A stretch of DNA of 64,000 nt from Candidatus Methylomirabilis sp. (GTDB lineage: Bacteria > DYJV01), in contig DYJV01000003.1 of assembly GCA_020722945.1 (NCBI GenBank), positions 1,846 to 65,845 of the forward strand, read 5' to 3'. The position numbers were made by a program, and so were the translations under genes. How positions within the stretch are numbered: the stretch's first letter is position 1; each line of letters begins with the position of its first letter. Shown piece after piece: positions 1 through 10,222 of this stretch. Below the pieces are notes generated by a model that was given only the letters and a program-made list of their open reading frames with translations, made no database searches and was not told the DNA's origin.

Positions 1-353
1 AAAATAAATATATCGATTACTCTATGAAACTTATAAAATCTGACTTTGATCTTGCCCTTGTTCCACTTATTGACAACAAATTTAATAGAGTAAAGAGTAG
101 CATCAAATGGCTTGAATACTCTATGTGTAAGATACCCACTATATTTTCTGATACTATACCTTATCAAAATATCGAAAATCTAAAAACTGGAATAAAAGTT
201 GTAAATATTCAAAAGGATTGGGTGGATGCAATCTCTCTTCTTATAGAGGACGATCAGTTAAGAGATGAGATATCGGAGAACGCTTACAGAAATGTCTTAT
301 CAAATCACACTTTACAGAAGAATTTTTACAAAATTCTTGAGTTTTTCCAATAA
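1..353 (+). CDS. Glycosyltransferase (GT4-like), C-terminal part; 5' end lies outside the window
   Basis: Frame is open from position 3 (NKYIDYS-MKL...). DLALVPL...FNRVKSSIKWLEYSMCKIPTIFS matches the C-terminal nucleotide-sugar-binding motif of GT-B enzymes. Confidence 0.8.
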   Translation, partial: NKYIDYSMKLIKSDFDLALVPLIDNKFNRVKSSIKWLEYSMCKIPTIFSDTIPYQNIENLKTGIKVVNIQKDWVDAISLLIEDDQLRDEISENAYRNVLSNHTLQKNFYKILEFFQ

Positions 354-375
354 TATATAATATTAGGGGGATGTA

Positions 376-3300
376 ATGGATTACAACAAAGGGATAGTAG
401 AGGATTATTACAAAAGTAGGAATTACCTTAAAGCACTTTCATACATCGAAAAATTTCTCCGTCAAAATCCTGACAATTTTGAACTAAATAATGACTATGG
501 CCTTATATACACTCTTGTATACGGTTTTGAAGCAGGAGTTGGCTACCTAAAAAAATCTATAGATTTAAAAAAAGATAATCTTGAAGCTATAACCAACATT
601 GTTGAGATATATATTCAGAATAATCTTCCATTTTCTGCTATCAAAATACTCGAAACAAGTGATATTTCTAATTATCCAAATCTTAAAGAGAAACTAAATT
701 TTCTCAAGAAAAATTTTACTCCTGAAAAAGTTTCTTTCTATATACCTGTTTATAATGTTGAAAAATATATAGTAAATTGTCTTAACGCTATATTTAATCA
801 AAGTTATCCAATACATGAAGTCATTATAGTTGATGATTCCTCTCCAGATAATTCAATTTCTAAAATCAAAGAGTTTATTGATAAATATGGTGACAAAATA
901 AAGATACTTACTCATGATACCAATAGAGGACTTGCTGCTGCACGTAATAGTGCACTCCAAAATGCAACAGGAGATTATCTCGCTACTGTTGATACTGATG
1001 CTCTCCCTGAAGAGACTTTCCTCGAGAGTATTATGATGGAGTTTTTTAAGAATAAATATGATAAAAAATTAGCAGGGATAGGTGGTAAACTTTTAGAGGC
1101 AAACTCCTTATCTCTCACTGATAGATGGCGTGAAGTTCATATGAAGCAGCATTGGGGTGACAAAAATATAGATAACCCAGAATTTTTATTTGGTAGCACA
1201 TCAGTTTATAAGATTTCTGCTTTAAAAGAGATTGGTGGTTTCAACGAATCATACAAGACAAATTATGAAGATTGCGATTTAGCTATCAGACTTAAAAAAT
1301 CAGGATACAAAATCTCTTACATAGCAAATGCAAAAGCTGTTCATTTAAGGAGTGACAATCTTTTATCTCTGATTACCACTTACTACAATTGGGTTGCTGC
1401 TCCATACAAAGGGAAATTAACATCTTTTGAATCTATAAAAGATAAACATGAATTTACATTCAATATCTTATCCAAATTTACAACTCAAGATATTTCAAAT
1501 AAAAGGTTTCATCTTCTTTATCCAGAATTTTTTTCAGCTCTTTTTTGGGTTATAAAAGATCTTGTCAACTCAGATATAGACTTTGAAGAGAAGATAGATA
1601 CTGCTTACGCTTTATCTGGAGTTATATTTTACGGATTAAATCAAAACCTTAATATCTCAGATAAACTAAAAGATTTTATATATCAAGATACTGAAAGATT
1701 CACAGATCTGCTCCAAATTAAGAAGAAAGTTTCAGAGATAGCATCTATCAAGTCAGACGATCCAAATTATATATCCTTAGCAATAGGAAGAAATTTTCCA
1801 AAAGCCAATATACAACTAATATCCTCTGTTGGTGCTACAATCTCAAAGTTTTTGGCATTTGAGCCTATGCTATACAAAATGATTGAGGTCTCAAGAGTCA
1901 GGATCGAGTATGAAGAGAATTTGGAAAATCAATCTCCAAATAAGCAAAGTAAAATTTTACTCCTAAATCTCCCTTGGAGAGATGGAACAAGATATGGGAT
2001 AAGGGCAGGTTCAAGATGGCCATTCACTAATGAAGTTCCTCAGGAAAATTGGCAAATACCACCAAGTTATGTGCCATACCCTTTTTTCCTTGGCTATGCG
2101 ACATCAATATTAAAAGAGGATGGATTTACGACTCATTTTATAGATGCTATTGCAGAAGGTGTTCTTGATGAGGAATTTTTTCAGAGGGTTAAAGGGGTCT
2201 CTCCAGATATTATATTTATAGAAACAGCTACAGCATCGATATACAACGACATAAATTATGTCCGTAAGTTAAAAACTTTCTTACCAGACTCTAAAATTAT
2301 TTTTTCAGGGACACACGTTTCATACTTTAAAGATAAATTTTTACAAGAGTATCCTTGTGTAGATGGGATAATAGTAGGAGAGATTGAACAAACTGCTCTT
2401 AAAATTGCACAATACTTTGAAAAACATCATAACTTTGAAGGATTTAATGAGAAAGGGTTTATGTTTTACGACAAAAATTCTTTAATATCGGGGAGTAGTG
2501 ATAGAGGAGAATTGGTTGAAATTGACAAATTACCACTTCCAGAAAGATTGACTACACCTGTTTATAATTATGAAGATCTTTTTGCAGGGATGCTTTTCCC
2601 TTCACTACAAATTCATTCAACAAGGGGTTGTCCATTTGGATGTATATACTGTGTTTGGCCTCAAGTATTGTATCAAAGCAGAAGTTATAGGACAAGGGAC
2701 CCAATCAAAGTTGTAGATGAGATAGAAGAGATGATAAAAATTTATGGATACAAATCTTTCTATTTTGATGACGACACCTTCAATATAGGGAAAGAGAGAA
2801 TTTTAAAAATATGTGAAGAGATAAAGAGAAGGGGTCTTGATAAAATACCTTGGAGTGCAATGTCAAGAGCTGACACATCAGATTTTGAAACATTAAAAGC
2901 AATGAAAGATGCTGGATTGGTATCGATAAAATTTGGAGTTGAATCTGCAACGCAACAGCTTGTAGATGCTTGCGGGAAGGGACTTGACTTAAACAAAGTT
3001 GAAGAGTCTGTGAGATATTGTCAAGAGCTTGGTTTAAAATACCATCTCACATTTACATTTGGACTACCTGGGGAAACAAAAGAGACAATCGAAAAATCCA
3101 TTCAATACTCATTTGAGTTGAATCCTGATACATGTCAGTTTTCACTTACCACCCCATTTCCAGGCACCAAACATTTTGATATGGCAAAAGAGAAAGGGCT
3201 GCTCCTTACAGAGGAGTGGGACAAATATGATGGGAATAGATACACTGTAATGAGAGGAGAGAATCTTACAAGAGAAGAGCTCGAGGGAGCAGTAAAAGAT

Positions 3301-4542
3301 GCCTACCAAAGATGGGACGAATTTGACAGAAAGAGAAAAGGAGCTAAATCTAAAGATCTAAGCAAATTCAAAAAACCATCTATATGTTACGACAAGAGAA
3401 ATCTAAAAGTGATTTTTGTATGCCAAGATGGATATGATCTTGCTCCTGCAAGGGTCAGATGCTACAATTTTTCAAAAGAGCTCAATAAACTTGGTATCAA
3501 AAGTGAAGTTTTGTCATTTTATGATAATTTGAAAGCCTCTGACCAAGTGGGGCCATGTGAAAATATGTCAGATTATGAGAAACTGAAATTAAATATTAAG
3601 GCCTACGAAAAACTTAAAGATGAGAAAAATGCAATTTTTTATGTTCAGAAATCTGGTTATCACTTTTTAGCTCCATATCTTGTAGCAGAAGAGAATGGGA
3701 ATAAAATAATTTTCGATTACGATGATTTTGATCTCGGATGTTACCCTTTCCAGAATTTACACAAATTTATACCATCCCTTTCTCCTGACAAATTATTTGA
3801 AGATTTGGTAAAAAAGAGTGAAATATGTATCGGCTCAAGTAAATTTCTTGTTGATCTTATGGCAAAACATAATCATAATTCCCACTATATAGTCACAGGC
3901 GTTGATATGGATAAATTTAATTATGGCAATAACAATAAAGAGAGTAATGGAACTGTAGAGATAATATGGATGGGGCATGTATGGTCATCAGATATCTTTA
4001 AAAGTTTACTTTACTGTGTTACAAATTATTTATCTATTGATAAAGAAGCAATAGATAAAAGCAGGCTCAACCTTATACTTTTCGGGACTTATAGTAAGGT
4101 TCTTGAAGAGAGTATTAAAAAATATACACCCAAATTATGCAACAGTAAGATAGTTTTTCATTCTAAAAAAGCACCTGACGAAATACCTAATATATTGAAC
4201 AAAACAGATATAGGTCTTGCTCCACTTGATACATCAAACCCATTTACAACTATGTTTAATAAATCAAAGAGCCCTACTAAAGTTTTTGAATATATGGCTT
4301 GTAAGGTTGCAGTTATTGGGACAAAGATAGGTGAAATTGAAAATCTTATAACCGATGGAAATAATGGCTATCTATTCAATAATCAAAACGAAGTTGAATT
4401 TAAGGAGAAATTAACCAAATTAATACTTGATGATAATATGAGGAGAGAGTTTCAGAACAGAGCTTACAAAAAAGTAAAAGAACATTTTTCACTTGAATCT
4501 ATAGGTAAGAAATTGGCAAAAATAATTTATTCTAATGTATAA
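376..4542 (+). CDS. Multidomain fusion: TPR + GT2 glycosyltransferase + B12-binding radical SAM + GT4 glycosyltransferase
   Basis: TPR-like N-terminus. GT2 motifs IPVYNVE, VDDSSPD, NRGLAAARN, VDTD, YEDCDL. Radical SAM TRGCPFGCIYC, YFDDDTF, FGVES, TPFPGT preceded by a B12-binding-like segment. C-terminal GT4 KSPTKVFEYMACKVAVIGT. SD AGGGGG. Confidence 0.85.
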   Translation: MDYNKGIVEDYYKSRNYLKALSYIEKFLRQNPDNFELNNDYGLIYTLVYGFEAGVGYLKKSIDLKKDNLEAITNIVEIYIQNNLPFSAIKILETSDISNYPNLKEKLNFLKKNFTPEKVSFYIPVYNVEKYIVNCLNAIFNQSYPIHEVIIVDDSSPDNSISKIKEFIDKYGDKIKILTHDTNRGLAAARNSALQNATGDYLATVDTDALPEETFLESIMMEFFKNKYDKKLAGIGGKLLEANSLSLTDRWREVHMKQHWGDKNIDNPEFLFGSTSVYKISALKEIGGFNESYKTNYEDCDLAIRLKKSGYKISYIANAKAVHLRSDNLLSLITTYYNWVAAPYKGKLTSFESIKDKHEFTFNILSKFTTQDISNKRFHLLYPEFFSALFWVIKDLVNSDIDFEEKIDTAYALSGVIFYGLNQNLNISDKLKDFIYQDTERFTDLLQIKKKVSEIASIKSDDPNYISLAIGRNFPKANIQLISSVGATISKFLAFEPMLYKMIEVSRVRIEYEENLENQSPNKQSKILLLNLPWRDGTRYGIRAGSRWPFTNEVPQENWQIPPSYVPYPFFLGYATSILKEDGFTTHFIDAIAEGVLDEEFFQRVKGVSPDIIFIETATASIYNDINYVRKLKTFLPDSKIIFSGTHVSYFKDKFLQEYPCVDGIIVGEIEQTALKIAQYFEKHHNFEGFNEKGFMFYDKNSLISGSSDRGELVEIDKLPLPERLTTPVYNYEDLFAGMLFPSLQIHSTRGCPFGCIYCVWPQVLYQSRSYRTRDPIKVVDEIEEMIKIYGYKSFYFDDDTFNIGKERILKICEEIKRRGLDKIPWSAMSRADTSDFETLKAMKDAGLVSIKFGVESATQQLVDACGKGLDLNKVEESVRYCQELGLKYHLTFTFGLPGETKETIEKSIQYSFELNPDTCQFSLTTPFPGTKHFDMAKEKGLLLTEEWDKYDGNRYTVMRGENLTREELEGAVKDAYQRWDEFDRKRKGAKSKDLSKFKKPSICYDKRNLKVIFVCQDGYDLAPARVRCYNFSKELNKLGIKSEVLSFYDNLKASDQVGPCENMSDYEKLKLNIKAYEKLKDEKNAIFYVQKSGYHFLAPYLVAEENGNKIIFDYDDFDLGCYPFQNLHKFIPSLSPDKLFEDLVKKSEICIGSSKFLVDLMAKHNHNSHYIVTGVDMDKFNYGNNNKESNGTVEIIWMGHVWSSDIFKSLLYCVTNYLSIDKEAIDKSRLNLILFGTYSKVLEESIKKYTPKLCNSKIVFHSKKAPDEIPNILNKTDIGLAPLDTSNPFTTMFNKSKSPTKVFEYMACKVAVIGTKIGEIENLITDGNNGYLFNNQNEVEFKEKLTKLILDDNMRREFQNRAYKKVKEHFSLESIGKKLAKIIYSNV

Positions 4543-4568
4543 ATTTGATATTTGCTAAGGGGCATATT

Positions 4569-5399
4569 ATGAATGAATTTGAGGAGTATAGAAGAGAGAA
4601 GTGGAAACTGCTCGACTTTGAAGATAATGAACCACCCTATATCCCTATCAGAATTAGGGCAACAATAGAAGAGGTAGAAGATTGTTATCAGAAAAACACC
4701 CTTTACTTAATAAACAATTTTGAAGAATTAAAGAGAGAGAGAGTAATCCAAATTCCAGATAAAGGTTCATTTGGAGTTCACAAGTTACTTAATTTCCCTC
4801 TGACCAAAAAAGATATATCTACTCTTACACTCGAAGAGAAACTTGATACAATTTTTAATAGATGTTCAGGTTGGATTTATCCTGATGAGGATAAATTTCT
4901 TACAGATATAGCTATAAGTTACTCCAAAACAGCTTCTTGTATAGTTGAATTGGGTAGCTACTCTGGTAAATCTGCTAACTTATTTGCATTTATCCTCTCA
5001 GATGAAGAGATAACAATTAATTGCATTGATAAATTTGATTATCCTACACACGATATTATTAAAGCACCTTTCAATACTCTTTCAGGTATTCATTTTGATC
5101 AATTTTTAAAATGGACATATTGGTTTAGAGATAAACTCAATATTATCAGATATAATACTTGGAAAGCACCAAAATTTTTTGATGATAACTCTGTTGATAT
5201 AATATTTATAGATGCTGGTCACGATTTTGACAACTGCACAAGAGATATCCTCTCTTGGATACCCAAATTAAAAAGAAATGGTCTCATGATTGGGCACGAT
5301 TATTGTCCAGAGCATCAAGATGTTATACTTGCAGTTAATTCTATCTTTGGGAAAAATTTCGACAGAGGACCAGGTCGTATCTGGTATAAAATTTTATAA
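4569..5399 (+). CDS. Class I SAM-dependent methyltransferase (Methyltransf_24-like)
   Basis: [10 protein letters not shown] motif [22 protein letters not shown]. Start placed at ATG 4569 after AAGGGG. Confidence 0.8.
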   Translation: MNEFEEYRREKWKLLDFEDNEPPYIPIRIRATIEEVEDCYQKNTLYLINNFEELKRERVIQIPDKGSFGVHKLLNFPLTKKDISTLTLEEKLDTIFNRCSGWIYPDEDKFLTDIAISYSKTASCIVELGSYSGKSANLFAFILSDEEITINCIDKFDYPTHDIIKAPFNTLSGIHFDQFLKWTYWFRDKLNIIRYNTWKAPKFFDDNSVDIIFIDAGHDFDNCTRDILSWIPKLKRNGLMIGHDYCPEHQDVILAVNSIFGKNFDRGPGRIWYKIL

Positions 5400-5412
5400 A
5401 AAGGGGGAACTT

Positions 5413-6486
5413 ATGTCAATTGCACTTATCACAGGTTCTGCAGGACTTATTGGTTCTGAAGCTGTAAAATTTCTAATAGAAAAGGGGTTTGATGTTGTAG
5501 GGATAGACAACAACCTTAGAGAATACTTTTTTGGTAAAGATGCCTCTACAAGGTGGAATAAAGAATTCCTGACTAAAAAATATAAAAATTACTACCATTT
5601 TGATATAGATATACGAAATGAAGAGGAGATAGCGAAAGTTTTCAAAAAGTTCAAATTTAACCTTATTATCCACACTGCAGCCCAACCATCACACGACTGG
5701 GCGGCAAATGAGCCTTTTACAGATTTTACTGTAAATGCAAATGGGACTTTGACATTGCTTGAAAATTTTAGAAAATACTCCTCTGATGCTGTTTTTATCT
5801 TTACATCTACTAATAAAGTTTACGGTGATACACCAAATAGATTACCACTTGTTGAGCTTGATAAAAGATTTGAAATTGCCGAGAATCATCCATTTTACAA
5901 AGGTATAGATGAAACTATGAGTATCGACCATACATTGCATTCACTCTTTGGGGCAAGCAAAGTAGCTGCCGATATTTTGGTCCAAGAGTATGGTAAATAT
6001 TTTAATCTCAAAACAGCATGTTTCAGAGGTGGATGTCTTACTGGACCAGCACATTCAGGGACAAAACTCCATGGATTTTTATCTTACCTTATGAGATGTT
6101 GTATATGGCAAAACAAATACTTTATTTACGGTTACAAAGGTAAACAGGTCAGGGATAACATTCACTCTTACGATTTAGTCAATATGTTCTGGAATTTTTA
6201 TCAAGCTCCGAGAAAGGGTGAAGTTTACAATGCAGGTGGATCAAGACACTCTAATTGCTCTATGCTTGAAGCTATAGAATTGTGTGAGGAGATATCTGGT
6301 GAGAAGCTCAACTACGAATATGTTGAACAAAATAGAATTGGGGATCATATATGGTATATAAGTGATGTTTCAAAGTTCAAATCGCACTACCCTGAGTGGA
6401 ATTTTAAATACAATTTAAGAGATATTTTAAATGAGATATACGATTATCAGAATTATCTCTATAAAAATGGGATAGTCGAAAAATAA
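5413..6486 (+). CDS. NAD-dependent epimerase/dehydratase, CDP-paratose 2-epimerase-like
   Basis: [36 protein letters not shown]. Catalytic motif reads FGASK. SD AAGGGGG before ATG 5413. Confidence 0.85.
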   Translation: MSIALITGSAGLIGSEAVKFLIEKGFDVVGIDNNLREYFFGKDASTRWNKEFLTKKYKNYYHFDIDIRNEEEIAKVFKKFKFNLIIHTAAQPSHDWAANEPFTDFTVNANGTLTLLENFRKYSSDAVFIFTSTNKVYGDTPNRLPLVELDKRFEIAENHPFYKGIDETMSIDHTLHSLFGASKVAADILVQEYGKYFNLKTACFRGGCLTGPAHSGTKLHGFLSYLMRCCIWQNKYFIYGYKGKQVRDNIHSYDLVNMFWNFYQAPRKGEVYNAGGSRHSNCSMLEAIELCEEISGEKLNYEYVEQNRIGDHIWYISDVSKFKSHYPEWNFKYNLRDILNEIYDYQNYLYKNGIVEK

Positions 6487-6523
6487 CTATTTTTTAATTC
6501 CAAAACTGGCAAAGGTGAATAAA

Positions 6524-7591
6524 ATGAATATTTTAATAACAGGTGGTGCTGGATTTGTAGGGAGTAATTTGGCTATCTATCTAAAAGAAAGATACAGAGA
6601 CTCCCAAATATATGTTCTTGACAACCTAAAGCGAAGAGGTAGTGAGTTTAATCTTGAAAGACTTAAAGAAAGTGGAATTATTTTTATCCATGGCGACATA
6701 AGGAGTATTGAAGATTTCTTTGAATTAAGGGATAAAGATATTAATTTACTAATAGAATGCTCTGCAGAACCCTCCGTTCTTGCTGGTTACAGCGGAAATC
6801 CTTACTATCTTGTAAATACCAACTTAAATGGACTTATCAACTGTCTTGAATTTTGCAAAGATGTAAAATCAGATATAATCTTTCTATCAACAAGCAGGGT
6901 TTACCCTTACGATACTATCAATAGCATACCGGTATCAGAAAATAGCACCAGATTTGTATGGGATAAATATGACCTTAATGGATTCTCTTCTGAATTTGGA
7001 ATAAGTGAGGAGTTCCCTCTTAACTCTCCAAGGACTCTTTATGGAGCAACAAAGCTTGCAGGAGAGTTTTTTATTCAAGAGTATGCCCAAATTTCAGGAT
7101 TCAGATATACTATAACAAGATTTGGTGTAATAGCAGGACCATGGCAGTTTGGTAAAGTTGACCAAGGTGTTTTTACTTTATGGATAATGCACCATTATTT
7201 CAAGAAAAATCTTAAATATATAGGATTTGGGGGTAACGGTAAACAGGTGAGAGATCTTCTTCATATTGACGATCTATGCGGCCTGATTGATTTACAGATA
7301 AAAAACATTGATCAATTTAACGGAAAGATTTTTAATGCTGGAGGGGGATACAATGTCAGTTTATCTCTCCTTGAGACTACTCAAATCTGCGAAGAGATCA
7401 CAGGCAACAGAATAGATATTCTCAAAGATAACAATGAGAGACCTGGTGATATTATTATTTACATTACAGACAACAGAAATTTAACTAACAAATTCAAATG
7501 GTCTCCCAAAAGATCAGCAAGAGATATTATCCAAGATACATTTTATTGGATAAAGAGTAATGAACTTAAGATAAAGAAACTTCTAAATTAA
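6524..7591 (+). CDS. NAD-dependent epimerase/dehydratase, CDP-tyvelose epimerase-like
   Basis: ITGGAGFVGS, YGATK, GPWQFGKVDQG, GKQVRDLLHIDD. Confidence 0.85.
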   Translation: MNILITGGAGFVGSNLAIYLKERYRDSQIYVLDNLKRRGSEFNLERLKESGIIFIHGDIRSIEDFFELRDKDINLLIECSAEPSVLAGYSGNPYYLVNTNLNGLINCLEFCKDVKSDIIFLSTSRVYPYDTINSIPVSENSTRFVWDKYDLNGFSSEFGISEEFPLNSPRTLYGATKLAGEFFIQEYAQISGFRYTITRFGVIAGPWQFGKVDQGVFTLWIMHHYFKKNLKYIGFGGNGKQVRDLLHIDDLCGLIDLQIKNIDQFNGKIFNAGGGYNVSLSLLETTQICEEITGNRIDILKDNNERPGDIIIYITDNRNLTNKFKWSPKRSARDIIQDTFYWIKSNELKIKKLLN

Positions 7592-7619
7592 AACTACTTA
7601 TCAACAGAGGTTTACTCAA

Positions 7620-9374
7620 ATGAGCGATGAAAGATATGAATATTGGTTACTTATAAATGATACAATCTCAAACTTTGATTCTCTGCCTAATATTGAATTA
7701 AGAGCCAATAAGATAAAGAGTTACATCATTGACAATCTTAAAACAGGAAATATTTTTGGAAGAGAGTATCTTACGGTATATTTTATCTTTAAGAGGCTTA
7801 TTCCCAAACACTCCCAACAAATAGACTCACTTATAAATTTATATATATTAGAGTATTCTAAATATCCAAAAGACTCTATTGAAGCTTTTGCCATTAATGA
7901 CAATATCTTTATACTTGAAATATTGAATGGTAATTTTAAATCTGGACTTGAAAACTACATCAAAAGGCTCTTTCTTCTTGACTATAATTTTGCAAGAAAG
8001 AATCCTCCCCAATGTCCACATAATTTTATTGGAAGTTTTCTTGTTTCTGCTAATGTCAAACCCCTATTATTCAAAATAGTTAAAGATCTTTTCTCAATAG
8101 ATTTTTACTTTTCTTTAAATAAGAGGGATAGAAGGAGTGTTGTAAACTGGGTTTGGAACACACTTTGGGGTTTTACTCCAAGAATTCTGCTAAATGAAAG
8201 AAAAGAGATAGAAGATATTTATGAGGATTTGAAAGACATTATATACAAATTAATTTCACTCGATTCAATAGATGAAGTTCTGCACTTTTCAATGTTCGTT
8301 TATAATATAGCTATCGAAGCTTTTATTCAGGGGCAAGATGAATACAAAAAATTACAAGATGAAATAGTAGCCCCATGCTCTCAATATTACAAAAAATGGA
8401 TAGAGAAAAATAAAAATGTTATTAAAGAACTCCCTTTTAAAAAGATAGAAAATGGAAAAAAGAAAAAAATAGCTCTTGTAAGACCTAATATTGGTTATTG
8501 GTCACCCTTTATAGCTGAATATTCAATTCTTAAAGGATTAAAAGAAGATAAAAAATTTAACGATAATTATGAGATAATTGTATATTCAATGGATTACTTT
8601 GAACTATGGAACTCTATGAGAGATGATTGTAGGGCAGATTCAAGAAAATGCTCAGAAATGTTAATGGAGATAGGTTCAGATTACAGAGTTCCTCTTGATG
8701 AATTTCATAAAGATCTTTTTTATAACAATCACTTAAATAAAATCATCAAATTCAGAGAAAAAATCATAGAAGATCAGATTGATATCCTCATATATTCTGA
8801 CCACCTATACTCTTGTGGAGAGTTTCTCTTTTTATCAAGAAGTGCACCAAAACAGATATATTGGGCACACTCTAATTTATGGTATGATGTCGAGGGGATT
8901 GATAAAAGAATAATTCATTTTTCACCCTATGACAATAGATTCGAAGGTAATCCTTTCAAGTGGGAGTTTTTTACTGTCACAATAGATAAAAAATTTTTAA
9001 ATCCAGAAGAGGAAACAAAAAAAAGAGAAGCTGAGAGAATAAAAAAGTATTTTCCAAAAGGGAGTATCTTTTTAGGAAGTATAGGGAGATTATCCAAAAT
9101 TAATAATTGGGAATACCTTTCAACAGTAGCAGAGATTATGAAAAGTAATCCAGAAACTGTCTATATTGCTTGCGGAACAGGGAATGAAAATGAAATAAAG
9201 GAGAAACTAAAAAAATTAGGGATATCTGATAGATTTTATATGGTTGGTTTTGTTGACCCACATATATACGGCTATGTTATAGATATATACCTCAATACAT
9301 TTCCAGAACCAAGTGGACAAAGTGTAGTAGAATTTTTGAATAAAGGTCTAAACAAATTTTTAGTGAGCTTGTGA
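7620..9374 (+). CDS. Putative GT41 (OGT/HMW1C-like) glycosyltransferase, possibly C-terminally truncated
   Basis: C-half EDQIDILI...SAPKQIYWAH...GSIGRLSKI...DIYLNTFP.SGQSVVE resembles the GT41 catalytic region; N-half is helical. Confidence 0.55.
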   Translation: MSDERYEYWLLINDTISNFDSLPNIELRANKIKSYIIDNLKTGNIFGREYLTVYFIFKRLIPKHSQQIDSLINLYILEYSKYPKDSIEAFAINDNIFILEILNGNFKSGLENYIKRLFLLDYNFARKNPPQCPHNFIGSFLVSANVKPLLFKIVKDLFSIDFYFSLNKRDRRSVVNWVWNTLWGFTPRILLNERKEIEDIYEDLKDIIYKLISLDSIDEVLHFSMFVYNIAIEAFIQGQDEYKKLQDEIVAPCSQYYKKWIEKNKNVIKELPFKKIENGKKKKIALVRPNIGYWSPFIAEYSILKGLKEDKKFNDNYEIIVYSMDYFELWNSMRDDCRADSRKCSEMLMEIGSDYRVPLDEFHKDLFYNNHLNKIIKFREKIIEDQIDILIYSDHLYSCGEFLFLSRSAPKQIYWAHSNLWYDVEGIDKRIIHFSPYDNRFEGNPFKWEFFTVTIDKKFLNPEEETKKREAERIKKYFPKGSIFLGSIGRLSKINNWEYLSTVAEIMKSNPETVYIACGTGNENEIKEKLKKLGISDRFYMVGFVDPHIYGYVIDIYLNTFPEPSGQSVVEFLNKGLNKFLVSL

Positions 9375-9782
9375 TACATTTCAAAAATAAAATGTGAATT
9401 ACCACTTAGACCGATATACCACAGAAAAGAAAACAGGATAGAGGGACATATTTTTTCAACAGTGTTTGCCTATCATCTACTTTGTGTAATCTATAGGAAA
9501 CTTAAAGAACGTGGAATAAAACACTCTTGGAATACAATCAGAACGCATATGAATAGGCATAATAGGTCAGTATTAACAATGATAAATGCTGAAGGTAAAA
9601 CAATTTACATAAAAGACACATCAGAGCCAAGTGAATTTAATGTGGAGATATACCATGCATTGGGATTGAGCGAAAAACCACTAAAACGAGTAAAAACAAT
9701 AGTTTAAGAAAATTTGTAGTGTAGAATGATTTTAAGTATCTAATAATATCAATGCTTTATAAACACTTTTAACAAACTCGGG
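9373..9782 (+). mobile_element. IS1634-family transposase remnant (3' end plus probable right end)
   Basis: Frame 9393-9707 reads CELPLRPIYHRKENRIEGHIFSTVFAYHLL...HSWNTIR...IYHALG, typical of the IS1634 C-terminus. No N-terminus or start codon. Probable terminal sequence ...aacaaactcggg near 9782. Confidence 0.75.
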
Positions 9783-9906
9783 TTAAATATTATACCTCTC
9801 ATAAATCTGTATCTAATAAACATTTTTTATATTGGATGAAAATAGAGTATAATTTCCACCAACTCAACTTTCGCAAAAAAATATTAAAAAAAATATAAAA
9901 AATAAG

Positions 9907-9935
9907 TTGACTTATCTTCTATATTAGATTATATG
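9907..9935 (+). promoter_or_regulatory. Candidate sigma70 promoter for the cold-shock gene
   Basis: TTGACT-17 bp-TATATG with an A-rich UP region. Confidence 0.4.
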
Positions 9936-9991
9936 TTCATACAGTATTATCAATGTATTTTACATTGATGGAAATTAATCAGGAGGCAAAA

Positions 9992-10192
9992 ATGCAACAA
10001 GGTAAAGTAAAATGGTTTAATGAAAAGAAAGGTTATGGTTTTATCTCTATGGACAATGGTAAAGATGTTTTTGTTCATTACTCAGCGATTCAAGGAGACG
10101 GTTTCAAAACTTTGAAAGAGGGAGATCAAGTTAGTTTTGAAATTGTAGATGGCTCAAAAGGACCTCAAGCAGATAAAGTATATAGAGCATAG
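9992..10192 (+). CDS. cspA: Cold-shock protein
   Basis: [32 protein letters not shown] before ATG 9992. Confidence 0.95.
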   Translation: MQQGKVKWFNEKKGYGFISMDNGKDVFVHYSAIQGDGFKTLKEGDQVSFEIVDGSKGPQADKVYRA

Positions 10193-10196
10193 CCCT

Positions 10197-10222
10197 AATT
10201 CCCCGGGTAATCCCCGGGGTTT
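10197..10222. terminator. Hairpin between convergent csp and TauE genes (probable intrinsic terminator)
   Basis: CCCCGGG-taatc-CCCGGGG followed by TTT. Confidence 0.7.

Noticed and set aside
5290-5412. Longer ORF-track starts (also at 9953, 15912, 20801, 33190, 39157, 61069)
   Set aside because: Downstream ATG/GTG codons, most with an SD or coupled to the upstream stop, match the family N-termini better, so the starts were trimmed.
9372-9707. TGA of the GT41-like gene is followed in frame by ~110 open codons (possible selenocysteine or readthrough)
   Set aside because: The downstream frame is IS1634 transposase sequence and no SECIS-like hairpin is evident; the frame match is probably coincidental.
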